Origin: an uncultured Acidimicrobiia bacterium
GTDB taxonomy: Bacteria; Actinomycetota; Acidimicrobiia; Acidimicrobiales; Ilumatobacteraceae
Assembly: GCA_963844175.1 (NCBI GenBank)
Contig: CAWJNE010000019.1
Location: forward strand, 727 to 64,726
DNA length: 64,000 bases
Direction of reading: 5' to 3'
The notes under the pieces were generated by a model. That model had not been told where the DNA came from and did not search any database. It was given only the letters and a program-made list of their open reading frames with translations. The translations under genes and the position numbers were made by a program. This document shows positions 9,568-17,067 of the stretch, piece after piece (positions within the stretch are counted from its first letter, which is position 1; each line of letters begins with the position of its first letter).

Positions 9568-10494
9568 GTGGACATGGAGGCCGCGCTCGTGGAGTCGATC
9601 ACCCAGCTCGCTGCCGGCCAGCACGGGGTGGTCGCCGTCGACCAACTCGTCGCCCTCGGGGTCAGTCGCAGACGGCTGCGCACGGCCGTCGCCGCCGGCT
9701 GGCTCGCCGCGGTTGCACCGAGGGTGTACGTCGTGGCCGGCGCGCCCGACTCGCTCGAGCGGCGACAGATGGCCGGCCTGCTCTGCCTCGGGCCAGCGGC
9801 GGCGTTGAGCCACGAGACGGCGGCGCGACTGCACGGTTTCGATCGATGCCGGCCCGGCGTCGTGGAGCTGACGATGCCCCGCGGCGGTCGGGGCCGCCAG
9901 GCGCCGTTCGTCGTGCACACGTCCGGACACCTCGGGCCCGTCGACGTCGTCACCGTCGCCGGGTTCCGGTGCACGTCAGCGACGCGGACGATCATCGACC
10001 TGGCGCGAGCTCGGGTCGCCACGGTCCGGCTCGAGGCGGCGATCGATTCAGCGGTGCGGTCCGGTGCCAGCTCGCCCGTGGTGATCGCTGCCCGGCTCGG
10101 TGCGATCCGCGGACGCGGCCGCTGGGGCGCGCCGCGCGTCGACGACCTCCTCGCCGATGCCGGCGGCCACACGCTCCTCGAGCGCCGCTTCCTCGGTCTG
10201 ATGCGCTCGGCCGGGTTGCCACGTCCGTCGACGCAGGTCGTGCACGAGCGTGGTGGGCGCACGTTCGCCCGCGTCGACTTCCTCTTCGACCCGTTCCCGA
10301 TCGTGGTCGAGGTGTCGGGCCGTCGCGGGCATGCCACGGACAGCGAGCGGGCGCGCGACGCCCAACGCCGCAACGAGCTGCAGGACGTCGGTCGGCACGT
10401 CTTCGAATACACCTACCAGGACGTCATGCGGCGCCCGGCCTTCGTCGTCGCCGCCATGCGCGCCCGCCTCACCGACGCCGGATGGGTCCCGTGA
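9568..10494 (+). CDS. DUF559/Vsr-like endonuclease-domain protein with AbiEi-like N-terminal domain
   Basis: 308 aa. N-terminus [24 protein letters not shown]-terminus [51 protein letters not shown], the Vsr/DUF559 pattern. Confidence 0.7.
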   Translation: MDMEAALVESITQLAAGQHGVVAVDQLVALGVSRRRLRTAVAAGWLAAVAPRVYVVAGAPDSLERRQMAGLLCLGPAAALSHETAARLHGFDRCRPGVVELTMPRGGRGRQAPFVVHTSGHLGPVDVVTVAGFRCTSATRTIIDLARARVATVRLEAAIDSAVRSGASSPVVIAARLGAIRGRGRWGAPRVDDLLADAGGHTLLERRFLGLMRSAGLPRPSTQVVHERGGRTFARVDFLFDPFPIVVEVSGRRGHATDSERARDAQRRNELQDVGRHVFEYTYQDVMRRPAFVVAAMRARLTDAGWVP

Positions 10495-10496
10495 GG

Positions 10497-10549
10497 CCTC
10501 CTGGTCAGGGTTCTGGTCGGACGTCCGGCCAGAAACCTGACCAGGAGGG
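10497..10549. repeat. ~50-bp palindromic element, copy 2 (sits between convergent genes, possible bidirectional terminator)
   Basis: CCTCCTGGTCAGGGTTCTGGTCGGACGTCCGGCCAGAAACCTGACCAGGAGGG, starting 3 nt after the DUF559 stop and 14 nt before the bfr stop. Confidence 0.85.
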
Positions 10550-10562
10550 CGGATAACGCGGG

Positions 10563-11033
10563 CTAGTCGTGGAGCTGTTGGGCGAGGTACTGATCGGCGC
10601 CGATCTGGCGGATCGTCTCCTGCTGGGTCTCCAGCCAGTCGATGTGGTCCTCCTCGGAGACCAGGATCTCGGCCAACAGCTCGCGCGTGCCGTTGTCGCC
10701 CTTCTCCACGGCGAGGGCGATGCCGCGGTTGAGGCGTTCGACGGCGCCGTACTCCAGCGCCACATCGACCTGGAACTGCTCGGGCACGGTCTCGCCGACG
10801 ACCACTGGGAACAGCCGCTGCAGGTTGGGCAGACCGTCGTAGTAGAGGATCCGTTCGATCAATCGCTCGGCGTGCTTCATCTCGTCGATCGACTCGTCAC
10901 GGCCGTGCGACGCCAGCCGGTGGTACCCCCAGTTGTCGCACATCTTGGCGTGGATGAAGTACTGGTTGATCGCCGTCAGCTCGGCCGTCAGGACCTCGTT
11001 GAGGAACTCGATGATCTCGTCGTCACCACGCAT
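10563..11033 (-). CDS. bfr: bacterioferritin
   Basis: 156 aa. MRGDDEIIEFLNEVLTAELTAINQYFIHAKMCDNWGY...EEDHIDWLE. Confidence 0.9.
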   Translation of the reverse strand: MRGDDEIIEFLNEVLTAELTAINQYFIHAKMCDNWGYHRLASHGRDESIDEMKHAERLIERILYYDGLPNLQRLFPVVVGETVPEQFQVDVALEYGAVERLNRGIALAVEKGDNGTRELLAEILVSEEDHIDWLETQQETIRQIGADQYLAQQLHD

Positions 11034-11058
11034 GGCAGGGACCGTAGAGCCTGGAGCG

Positions 11059-11268
11059 CTACGCCACCCGGAAACGGCGCCGAGGCGGCGTCACGGCCGT
11101 CTGCCCGACGCGCTCGGCGAGCAGCTCCTCGAGCGTGGGGTGGCAGCCGTAGCACCCGCTGCCGGCGTGGCAGCGGGCGGCGATCTCGTCGATCGAGCCG
11201 GCGCCGCGGTCGATCTCCCGCCGTACGCGCCGCTCATTGATCCCGTGGCACAGGCACACCAACGCCAT
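11059..11268 (-). CDS. bfd: bacterioferritin-associated ferredoxin (BFD-like 2Fe-2S)
   Basis: 69 aa. CLCHGI...CHAGSGCYGCH cysteine pattern, directly upstream of bfr. Confidence 0.8.
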   Translation of the reverse strand: MALVCLCHGINERRVRREIDRGAGSIDEIAARCHAGSGCYGCHPTLEELLAERVGQTAVTPPRRRFRVA

Positions 11269-11310
11269 ACGGCTCGTAAGGTACCCCTAACGCAGGCTGT
11301 GGCGCAACCC

Positions 11311-11709
11311 TCAGCTGAGCAACGAGACGAGGTCCTGGACGGCCAGCACCACGAGGCACACCAGCACGGTGCCGCCGAGGGCGCCGTACCACCAGCGCTT
11401 CGGGTGGTCGGCACGCCAGAACCGCCGCATCGACAGCACGATGCACACCATCGCCAGCACGTTGATGGCCAACCCGATCGCCGGTCCGACATCGCCCGCC
11501 ACGCCGACCGCCGGCAGCACGAACGGGAAGACGATGTACATCAGCAGGCAGCGGACCGTCGCCACGAGCAGCGACGTCTGGAACGCCTTGCGCGCCCCGT
11601 CGGCCGAGCCCGCCGGGCCGTCGACGGGCAGCCGCAGGACCCGGCGCATCACCCGGTCCGGCCCGGACCGTCGGGCCGCCGGCGTGCGAGCGAGGACCTC
11701 GGTGCTCAT
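11311..11709 (-). CDS. small integral membrane protein, function unknown
   Basis: ORF 11311-11823 trimmed to the ATG at 11709 (MSTEVLARTP). Three hydrophobic segments by eye. No family recognised. Confidence 0.45.
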   Translation of the reverse strand: MSTEVLARTPAARRSGPDRVMRRVLRLPVDGPAGSADGARKAFQTSLLVATVRCLLMYIVFPFVLPAVGVAGDVGPAIGLAINVLAMVCIVLSMRRFWRADHPKRWWYGALGGTVLVCLVVLAVQDLVSLLS

Positions 11710-11731
11710 TGGAGACGTGAGCGTACGGGCG

Positions 11732-14047
11732 CTAGCCGGCCGACGCAGCGGTGATCGCCTGCCAGACCCGCTGCGGCGAGGCCGGCATGTCGATGTGGCG
11801 GACGCCGAGGTGGGCCAGCGCATCGACGACGGCCGACTGCACGGCCGGCGTCGACCCGATGGTCCCGGACTCGCCGATGCCCTTGGCGCCGAGCGGGTTG
11901 AGCGGCGTCGGCGTCTCCATGTGCACGACCTCGAAGCTCGGCAGCTCGGCGGCCGAGATCATGGCGTAGTCCGCGAGGTTGGAGGTGACCGGGTTGCCGT
12001 CCTCGTCGTAGCGCACCTCTTCCATCAGCGCCTGGGCAGCGCCCTGGGCCACACCGCCGTGGACCTGGCCCTCCAGGATCAGCGGGTTGATGACACGCCC
12101 GGCGTCGTCGACGGCGATGTGGCGGGTGTGGCGCACCCGGCCGGTCTCGGTGTCGACCTCGACGACGGCCACGTGGGCGCCGAAGGGGAACGTGGGACCG
12201 CCGGCTTCGAACCGCGTGTCGATGACGAGCGGGTGACCGCCCTCGGCCGCGGCCACCGACAGGTCGCCCCACGTCTTGGCGACGGCGGGCGTGCCGGCGA
12301 CGTGGAAGGCACCCTGGTCCAGATCGAGCTGTACGTCGGCCACGTCGGCCTCGAGCTGCTGGGCAGCGATCTCCCGCGCCATGTCGACCAGCTCGCCGGC
12401 CGCCTTGTCCACGGCGGCGCCGCCCTGCTGCAGCGATCGCGAGCCCATGGTCCCGCCGCCGGCCGGCACCAGATCGGAGTCGCCCCAGACCAGCTCGATC
12501 CGGTCGATCGGGATGCCGGTCTTCTCGCTGGCGATCATCGACCACGACGTGTCGTGGCCCTGGCCGTGCGGTGACGTTCCGGTGTAGATGACCGCCCGAC
12601 CGTCGTCGAGCACCTCGATCTTCGCTGCCTCGCCCATCGGCGGGACGCCTCCGGTGATCTCGACGTAGGTGCTGACGCCGATGCCCATCTGCACGACATC
12701 GCCCGAGGCCCGCCGGCGGGCCTGCTCGGCGCGCAGCTCGTCGTACCCGGCCGCCGCCAGCGCCCGGTCGAGCGCGCCGACGTAGTCGCCGACGTCGTAG
12801 GTCTGGTCGACGGCCGTGGTGTACGGCTCCATGAACGGGGCGATGAGGTTCGTGCGCCGAACCTCGGCCGGGTCCAGCCCGACCTCGGCGGCGAACAGGT
12901 CCATCGCCCGCTCGATCGCCGCCGTGGCCTCCGGCCGGCCGGCGCCTCGGTAGGCCGTGGTCGGCGTGGTGTTGGTGACCACCGACGTCGTGCGGCACTC
13001 GATGTTCGGGATCGCGTAGACGCCCGATGACATCGGACGGGTCATGAACGGGGCGAGGATCGCCCCCATGTCGCAGAACGCACCGGAGTCCTGGATGACG
13101 TGCAACCGGTAGTGCGTCACGGTGCCGTCCCGGCGCCCGCCGATCGTGACGTCCTGCACCTGCGCCCGGCCGTGACCCAGCGCCATCATCGACTCGCTGC
13201 GCGTCTCCTGCCAGCGCACGGCGCGACCGAGCCGCTTGGCGATCGGCCCCAGCAGGATCTCCTCCGGGTACGTCGTGATCTTGGCGCCGAACCCGCCGCC
13301 CACGTCCGGCGTGATCACCCGGACGTCGTCGGGACCGACGCCGTTGTTGGCGACGAACTGCTCCTTGATCCCATGGGCGTGCTGTGTCGAGATCCACTGG
13401 TGCAGGCGGTCGCCGATCCACGTTGCCGCCGAGCCTCGTACTTCGAGCGGGCACGGTGCGACGCGCTGGTTGATGAACCGGCCCGACGCCGTGACTTCGC
13501 AGTCGGCGAAGAACTCCTCGCCGGTGACGTCCGGCAGGCCGAGGGCCGTCGTGTCGAACACGACGTTGCCGGGGGCCCCGTCGTAGAGCTGGGCCGGGCT
13601 GGTCATCGCGGTGGCGGGGTCGACACAGGCGTCGAGCGGCTCGATGTCGACGAACACGGCCTGGGCGGCGTCGACGGCGGCGGCCCGGGACTCGGCGACG
13701 ACGGCGGCGATCGGCTCGCCGACGTAGCGGACGCGGTCCATTGCCAGCAGGGGTCGGGCCACGCCAGGGTTGTACGGCGACGGCTGCGGTTCCAGGCCGA
13801 GGTCGGCGCCCGTGAAGACGGCGACGAACCCCTGCACGGCGGCGGCGTCGGACGTGTCGATCGACGAGATCGTCCCGTGGGCGACCGGCGAGCGAACGTA
13901 AGCGACGTGGGCCGCACCCTCCAGCTCGGGGAGATCGAGGTCGTCGAGGTAGACGCCGCCAGTCGTGAGGAACTTGGGGTCCTCCTTGCGGACGACGCGG
14001 TTCCCGAGGATGCTTCCCGGCACTCGAACTCCCTGGTGAGGTAGCAC
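11732..14047 (-). CDS. orphan molybdopterin-binding large subunit paralogue (CoxL family, AYRGAGR loop)
   Basis: 771 aa. ILGNRVVRKEDPKFLTTGGVY and TPTTAYRGAGRPE. No adjacent small or medium subunit genes. Confidence 0.85.
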   Translation of the reverse strand: MLPHQGVRVPGSILGNRVVRKEDPKFLTTGGVYLDDLDLPELEGAAHVAYVRSPVAHGTISSIDTSDAAAVQGFVAVFTGADLGLEPQPSPYNPGVARPLLAMDRVRYVGEPIAAVVAESRAAAVDAAQAVFVDIEPLDACVDPATAMTSPAQLYDGAPGNVVFDTTALGLPDVTGEEFFADCEVTASGRFINQRVAPCPLEVRGSAATWIGDRLHQWISTQHAHGIKEQFVANNGVGPDDVRVITPDVGGGFGAKITTYPEEILLGPIAKRLGRAVRWQETRSESMMALGHGRAQVQDVTIGGRRDGTVTHYRLHVIQDSGAFCDMGAILAPFMTRPMSSGVYAIPNIECRTTSVVTNTTPTTAYRGAGRPEATAAIERAMDLFAAEVGLDPAEVRRTNLIAPFMEPYTTAVDQTYDVGDYVGALDRALAAAGYDELRAEQARRRASGDVVQMGIGVSTYVEITGGVPPMGEAAKIEVLDDGRAVIYTGTSPHGQGHDTSWSMIASEKTGIPIDRIELVWGDSDLVPAGGGTMGSRSLQQGGAAVDKAAGELVDMAREIAAQQLEADVADVQLDLDQGAFHVAGTPAVAKTWGDLSVAAAEGGHPLVIDTRFEAGGPTFPFGAHVAVVEVDTETGRVRHTRHIAVDDAGRVINPLILEGQVHGGVAQGAAQALMEEVRYDEDGNPVTSNLADYAMISAAELPSFEVVHMETPTPLNPLGAKGIGESGTIGSTPAVQSAVVDALAHLGVRHIDMPASPQRVWQAITAASAG

Positions 14048-14050
14048 GCG

Positions 14051-14140
14051 ACTCGGGGCGAGCCGTGTGCTGGCACTGTACCCAGCGGCTGTTCGGCCCG
14101 ACGAGAGTGAGCGAGTGAGTCTTCGAGCGAGCGAACCATC
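14051..14140. repeat. diverged copy of the dispersed 88-bp repeat family
   Basis: TCGGGGCGAGC...GGCCCGAC...GAGCGAGTGAGTCTTCGAGCGAGCGAACCATC shares the skeleton of the 49466-49565 copy and the GAGCGA(A/G)CGA(G/A)CCATC core. Confidence 0.55.
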
Positions 14141-14151
14141 GTCACGGTTCG

Positions 14152-14529
14152 TTGGCCCGGCAGTTCTGGCATCCTGTGCCCGTGGGCTGGCTGGTGAGTG
14201 GCGCGCGCGTCCTGGCCTCGGCCGAGGTGGCGACCGACGGCGCCGACAAGCGGCGCGGGCTGCTGGGGCGTGACGGCGTGGAGGGGGCGCTGGTCATCGA
14301 GTCGTGCCGCTGGGTGCACACCGTCGGCATGCGCTTCCCGATCGACGTGGCGTACGTGGACGGGGAGGGCACGGTGGTCAAGACCGTGCGCATGGGCCGG
14401 TACCGGATGGGATGGCCGGTGCGCGACGCGGCGTGGGTGATCGAGGCCGAGGCCGGCGCGTTCGAGCGCTGGAACCTGCGCGTCGGCGACACCGTCGAGC
14501 TGCGCGACGGCCCGGGCCCCGACCCGTGA
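14152..14529 (+). CDS. DUF192 domain protein
   Basis: RRGLLGRDGVEGALVIESCRWVHTVGMRFPIDVAYVD...VVKTV pattern. TTG start is uncertain; in-frame GTG alternatives lie just downstream. Confidence 0.6.
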   Translation: MARQFWHPVPVGWLVSGARVLASAEVATDGADKRRGLLGRDGVEGALVIESCRWVHTVGMRFPIDVAYVDGEGTVVKTVRMGRYRMGWPVRDAAWVIEAEAGAFERWNLRVGDTVELRDGPGPDP

Positions 14530-15443
14530 GCCCGACGCCAGGGCGTTCGGTGCCCGGCCGGCTGGTGGTGGTCGGGACCCCGATCGGGAACCTCGGCGAT
14601 CTGTCGCCGCGGGCGATCGAGGCCCTGGGCGCGGCCACGCTGATCTGCTGCGAGGACACCCGCCGCACCGGCCGCCTGCTCCAGCACGCCGGTCTGCGCG
14701 ACCGCCGGTTGGCGATCACCAATGAGCACACCGAGCGGGCGCGGATCGGCGAGGTCCTCGAGGTGCTCGGCGGCGGCGGCGACGTGGCCCTCGTCACCGA
14801 CGCCGGCACGCCAGGCATCAGCGACCCCGGCGAGCGGCTCGTGCGGGCCGTCCTCGACGCCGGCCACGACGTCACCACCGTCCCCGGACCGACTGCGCTC
14901 GTCAGCGCACTCGTCGCCAGCGGGTTGCCCACCGGCCGGTTCGCCTTCGAGGGCTTCCTGCCCCGCAGCGGCCGCGCTCGCGCCGACCGGCTGGCCGAGC
15001 TGGCCGCTGAACGACGCACACTGGTCATCTACGAGGCACCGCACCGCGTGCTGCGCACCCTCGCCGATCTCGCCACCGCACTCGGCGCCGAACGCCCGGT
15101 CGTCGTGGCTCGCGAGCTGACGAAGCTGCACGAGACGGTGGTGCGCGGGGCGTTGGGCGACGTCGAGCTCGGCACGCCACGCGGCGAGTACGTCCTGGTC
15201 GTCGGCGGAGCACCCGACCCCGAAGAGGTGCCTGACGACGACGCCATCCGCGCCGCCCTGCGGACCGAGCGGGCCGCCGGCGCCTCCACCCGTGACGCCG
15301 CGTCGGCCGTGTCCCGCCGGCTGGGCGTGCCGCGACGTGTGGCCTATGACCTCGCACTGTCCGACCGGCGCCGGGCTGCGAACACTACGGTGAGCCCGGC
15401 GGATGACGAACGTCCCGAACCCCACCCCGACGGCGACCGTTGA
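14526..15443 (+). CDS. rsmI: 16S rRNA (cytidine1402-2'-O)-methyltransferase
   Basis: GRLVVVGTPIGNLGDLSPRAIEAL...LICCEDTRRTGRLL. GTG 14526 overlaps the DUF192 stop (GTGA). Confidence 0.85.
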   Translation: MSPTPGRSVPGRLVVVGTPIGNLGDLSPRAIEALGAATLICCEDTRRTGRLLQHAGLRDRRLAITNEHTERARIGEVLEVLGGGGDVALVTDAGTPGISDPGERLVRAVLDAGHDVTTVPGPTALVSALVASGLPTGRFAFEGFLPRSGRARADRLAELAAERRTLVIYEAPHRVLRTLADLATALGAERPVVVARELTKLHETVVRGALGDVELGTPRGEYVLVVGGAPDPEEVPDDDAIRAALRTERAAGASTRDAASAVSRRLGVPRRVAYDLALSDRRRAANTTVSPADDERPEPHPDGDR

Positions 15444-15471
15444 CAGCGGGTTCGTCCCGGAGTACCGACGC

Positions 15472-16245
15472 ATGGTCGGTGTCGGCCCCAGTGCCGCCTT
15501 CTTCGACCTCGACCGCACCCTGATCGCCGGTTCGTCGGCCTTCGTGCTCGGGATGGCTGCCCGGCGGGCCGGGATGGTGCCGACCCGGGAGTTCCTGCGC
15601 GACGTCGGCGCAGCCGTGCGCTTCAAGCTGCGCGGGTCGACCGACGGCACGACCGACGACGTTCGCGAGCGCATCCTCGGCGCCGTGCGGGGGGTGCGCG
15701 TCGACGAGCTGGTCGCCCTGAACGCCGAGGTGCTGCCCCGCCTGCTGGGCAAGATCCGCCCCGAGGCCCGCCGCCTGCTCGACCTCCACCGCCACGCCGG
15801 CCGCAACACGTACATCGTGTCGGCGGCGCCGGTCGAGATCGTCGAACCGCTGGCCCACTCCCTCGGCATGACGGCCGGCATCGGCACGCGCAGCAAGATC
15901 GTCGACGGGGTGTACGACGGACAGCTCGCCGGCCCGCTGGTCTACGGCGCCGGCAAGGTGACGGCGATGGAGGAGATCGCCCGCTGGGACGGGCTCGACC
16001 TCGCCCAGTGCTACGCCTACAGCGACTCGGCCAGCGACCTCCCGATGCTGCAGGCCGTCGGCCACCCGGTCGCCGTCAATCCGGACGGCCGGCTCGGACG
16101 CCACGCTCGCGACCACGCGTGGCCCGTGGTGCACTTCAGCCAGCGCACGAAGTCGGTGATCCGCCGCTCGTTCACGGCCGCCGGGGCCACCGCTGTCGCC
16201 GGCGCCTCATTCGCCGTGGGCACCCGCTACGGCCGCGCCCACTGA
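15472..16245 (+). CDS. HAD-IB family hydrolase (SerB-like)
   Basis: FFDLDRTLIAGSS (DxDxT motif) and YSDSASDLPML. The start could be 15403 (overlaps rsmI) or 15472. Confidence 0.7.
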   Translation: MVGVGPSAAFFDLDRTLIAGSSAFVLGMAARRAGMVPTREFLRDVGAAVRFKLRGSTDGTTDDVRERILGAVRGVRVDELVALNAEVLPRLLGKIRPEARRLLDLHRHAGRNTYIVSAAPVEIVEPLAHSLGMTAGIGTRSKIVDGVYDGQLAGPLVYGAGKVTAMEEIARWDGLDLAQCYAYSDSASDLPMLQAVGHPVAVNPDGRLGRHARDHAWPVVHFSQRTKSVIRRSFTAAGATAVAGASFAVGTRYGRAH

Positions 16246-16251
16246 TCCGCA

Positions 16252-16296
16252 GATGAGCGAGCGAGTCTTCGAGCAAGCGAATCATCAAGCACGGTC
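16252..16296. repeat. partial copy of the dispersed repeat family
   Basis: GATGAGCGAGCGAGTCTTCGAGCAAGCGAATCATCAAGCACGGT closely matches 14108-14150. It overlaps the first codons of the tatD ORF. Confidence 0.55.
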
Positions 16297-17056
16297 GGGG
16301 TGGTTCGACTCCCACTGCCACCTCCCGGCGGAGGACGCCGACGCGCTCGTCGGCGCCGCCGCCGATGCCGGTGTCACGGCGATGGTCACGATCGGCTGCG
16401 ACCGCGCCACGTCCCTCGAGGCGTTGGCTGTCGCCCGGCGCATCCCCGCAGTGCGTGCCACCGTCGGCCTGCACCCGCACGAGGCCCGCCACGGCGTCGA
16501 CACGATCGCCGACCTGTTCGCCGCCGCGGAGGACGGATCGATCGGCCCGATCGCCGTCGGGGAGTGCGGCCTCGACTACCACTACGACCACTCGCCGCGC
16601 GCCGACCAGCGAACGGCGTTCGCCGCTCAGATCGAGTTGGCCCACGAGCTCGGGCTGCCGCTGGTCATCCACACCAGGGAGGCGTGGGTCGACACGTTCG
16701 ACGTCCTCGACGCCGGAGGCGTCCCGGCCCGCACCATCTTCCACTGCTTCACCGGCGGGCCGGACGAGGCCTCGGCGTGCCTGGAGCGCGGGGCGTACCT
16801 CAGCTTCTCGGGCATCGTGACCTTCAAGGCGGCCGCCGACGTGCAGGCGGCGGCCGCAGCCACACCGCTCGACCGGGTGCTCGTGGAGACCGACAGCCCG
16901 TACCTGGCCCCTGTGCCGCATCGGGGCCGGCGGAACCAGCCGGCGTTCGTCCCCTTCGTCGGCGCCCGCCTCGCCGAGCTCCTCGGCGTCGACCCGGCCG
17001 CGGTGCGCGACGCGACGGCCACCAACGCCCGCGCCGCGTTCGGCCTGCCGCTCTAG
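16253..17056 (+). CDS. tatD: TatD family metal-dependent hydrolase
   Basis: WFDSHCHL...GECGLDYHY...VIHTREA...ETDSPYLAP motifs. Confidence 0.8.
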   Translation: MSERVFEQANHQARSGWFDSHCHLPAEDADALVGAAADAGVTAMVTIGCDRATSLEALAVARRIPAVRATVGLHPHEARHGVDTIADLFAAAEDGSIGPIAVGECGLDYHYDHSPRADQRTAFAAQIELAHELGLPLVIHTREAWVDTFDVLDAGGVPARTIFHCFTGGPDEASACLERGAYLSFSGIVTFKAAADVQAAAAATPLDRVLVETDSPYLAPVPHRGRRNQPAFVPFVGARLAELLGVDPAAVRDATATNARAAFGLPL

Positions 17057-17067
17057 CGTGACGCGGG

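Noticed and set aside
9479-10549. Insertion sequence or MITE carrying the DUF559 gene
   Set aside because: No transposase and no obvious target-site duplication were seen. The flanking elements are self-palindromes, not terminal inverted repeats of each other in the usual IS sense. It is kept as a hypothesis only.
11269-11310. IdeR/DtxR iron box upstream of bfd-bfr (TAAGGTACCCCTAACG)
   Set aside because: It matches only about 8 of 19 positions of the TTAGGTTAGGCTAACCTAA consensus by my alignment. The half-sites are not properly inverted.
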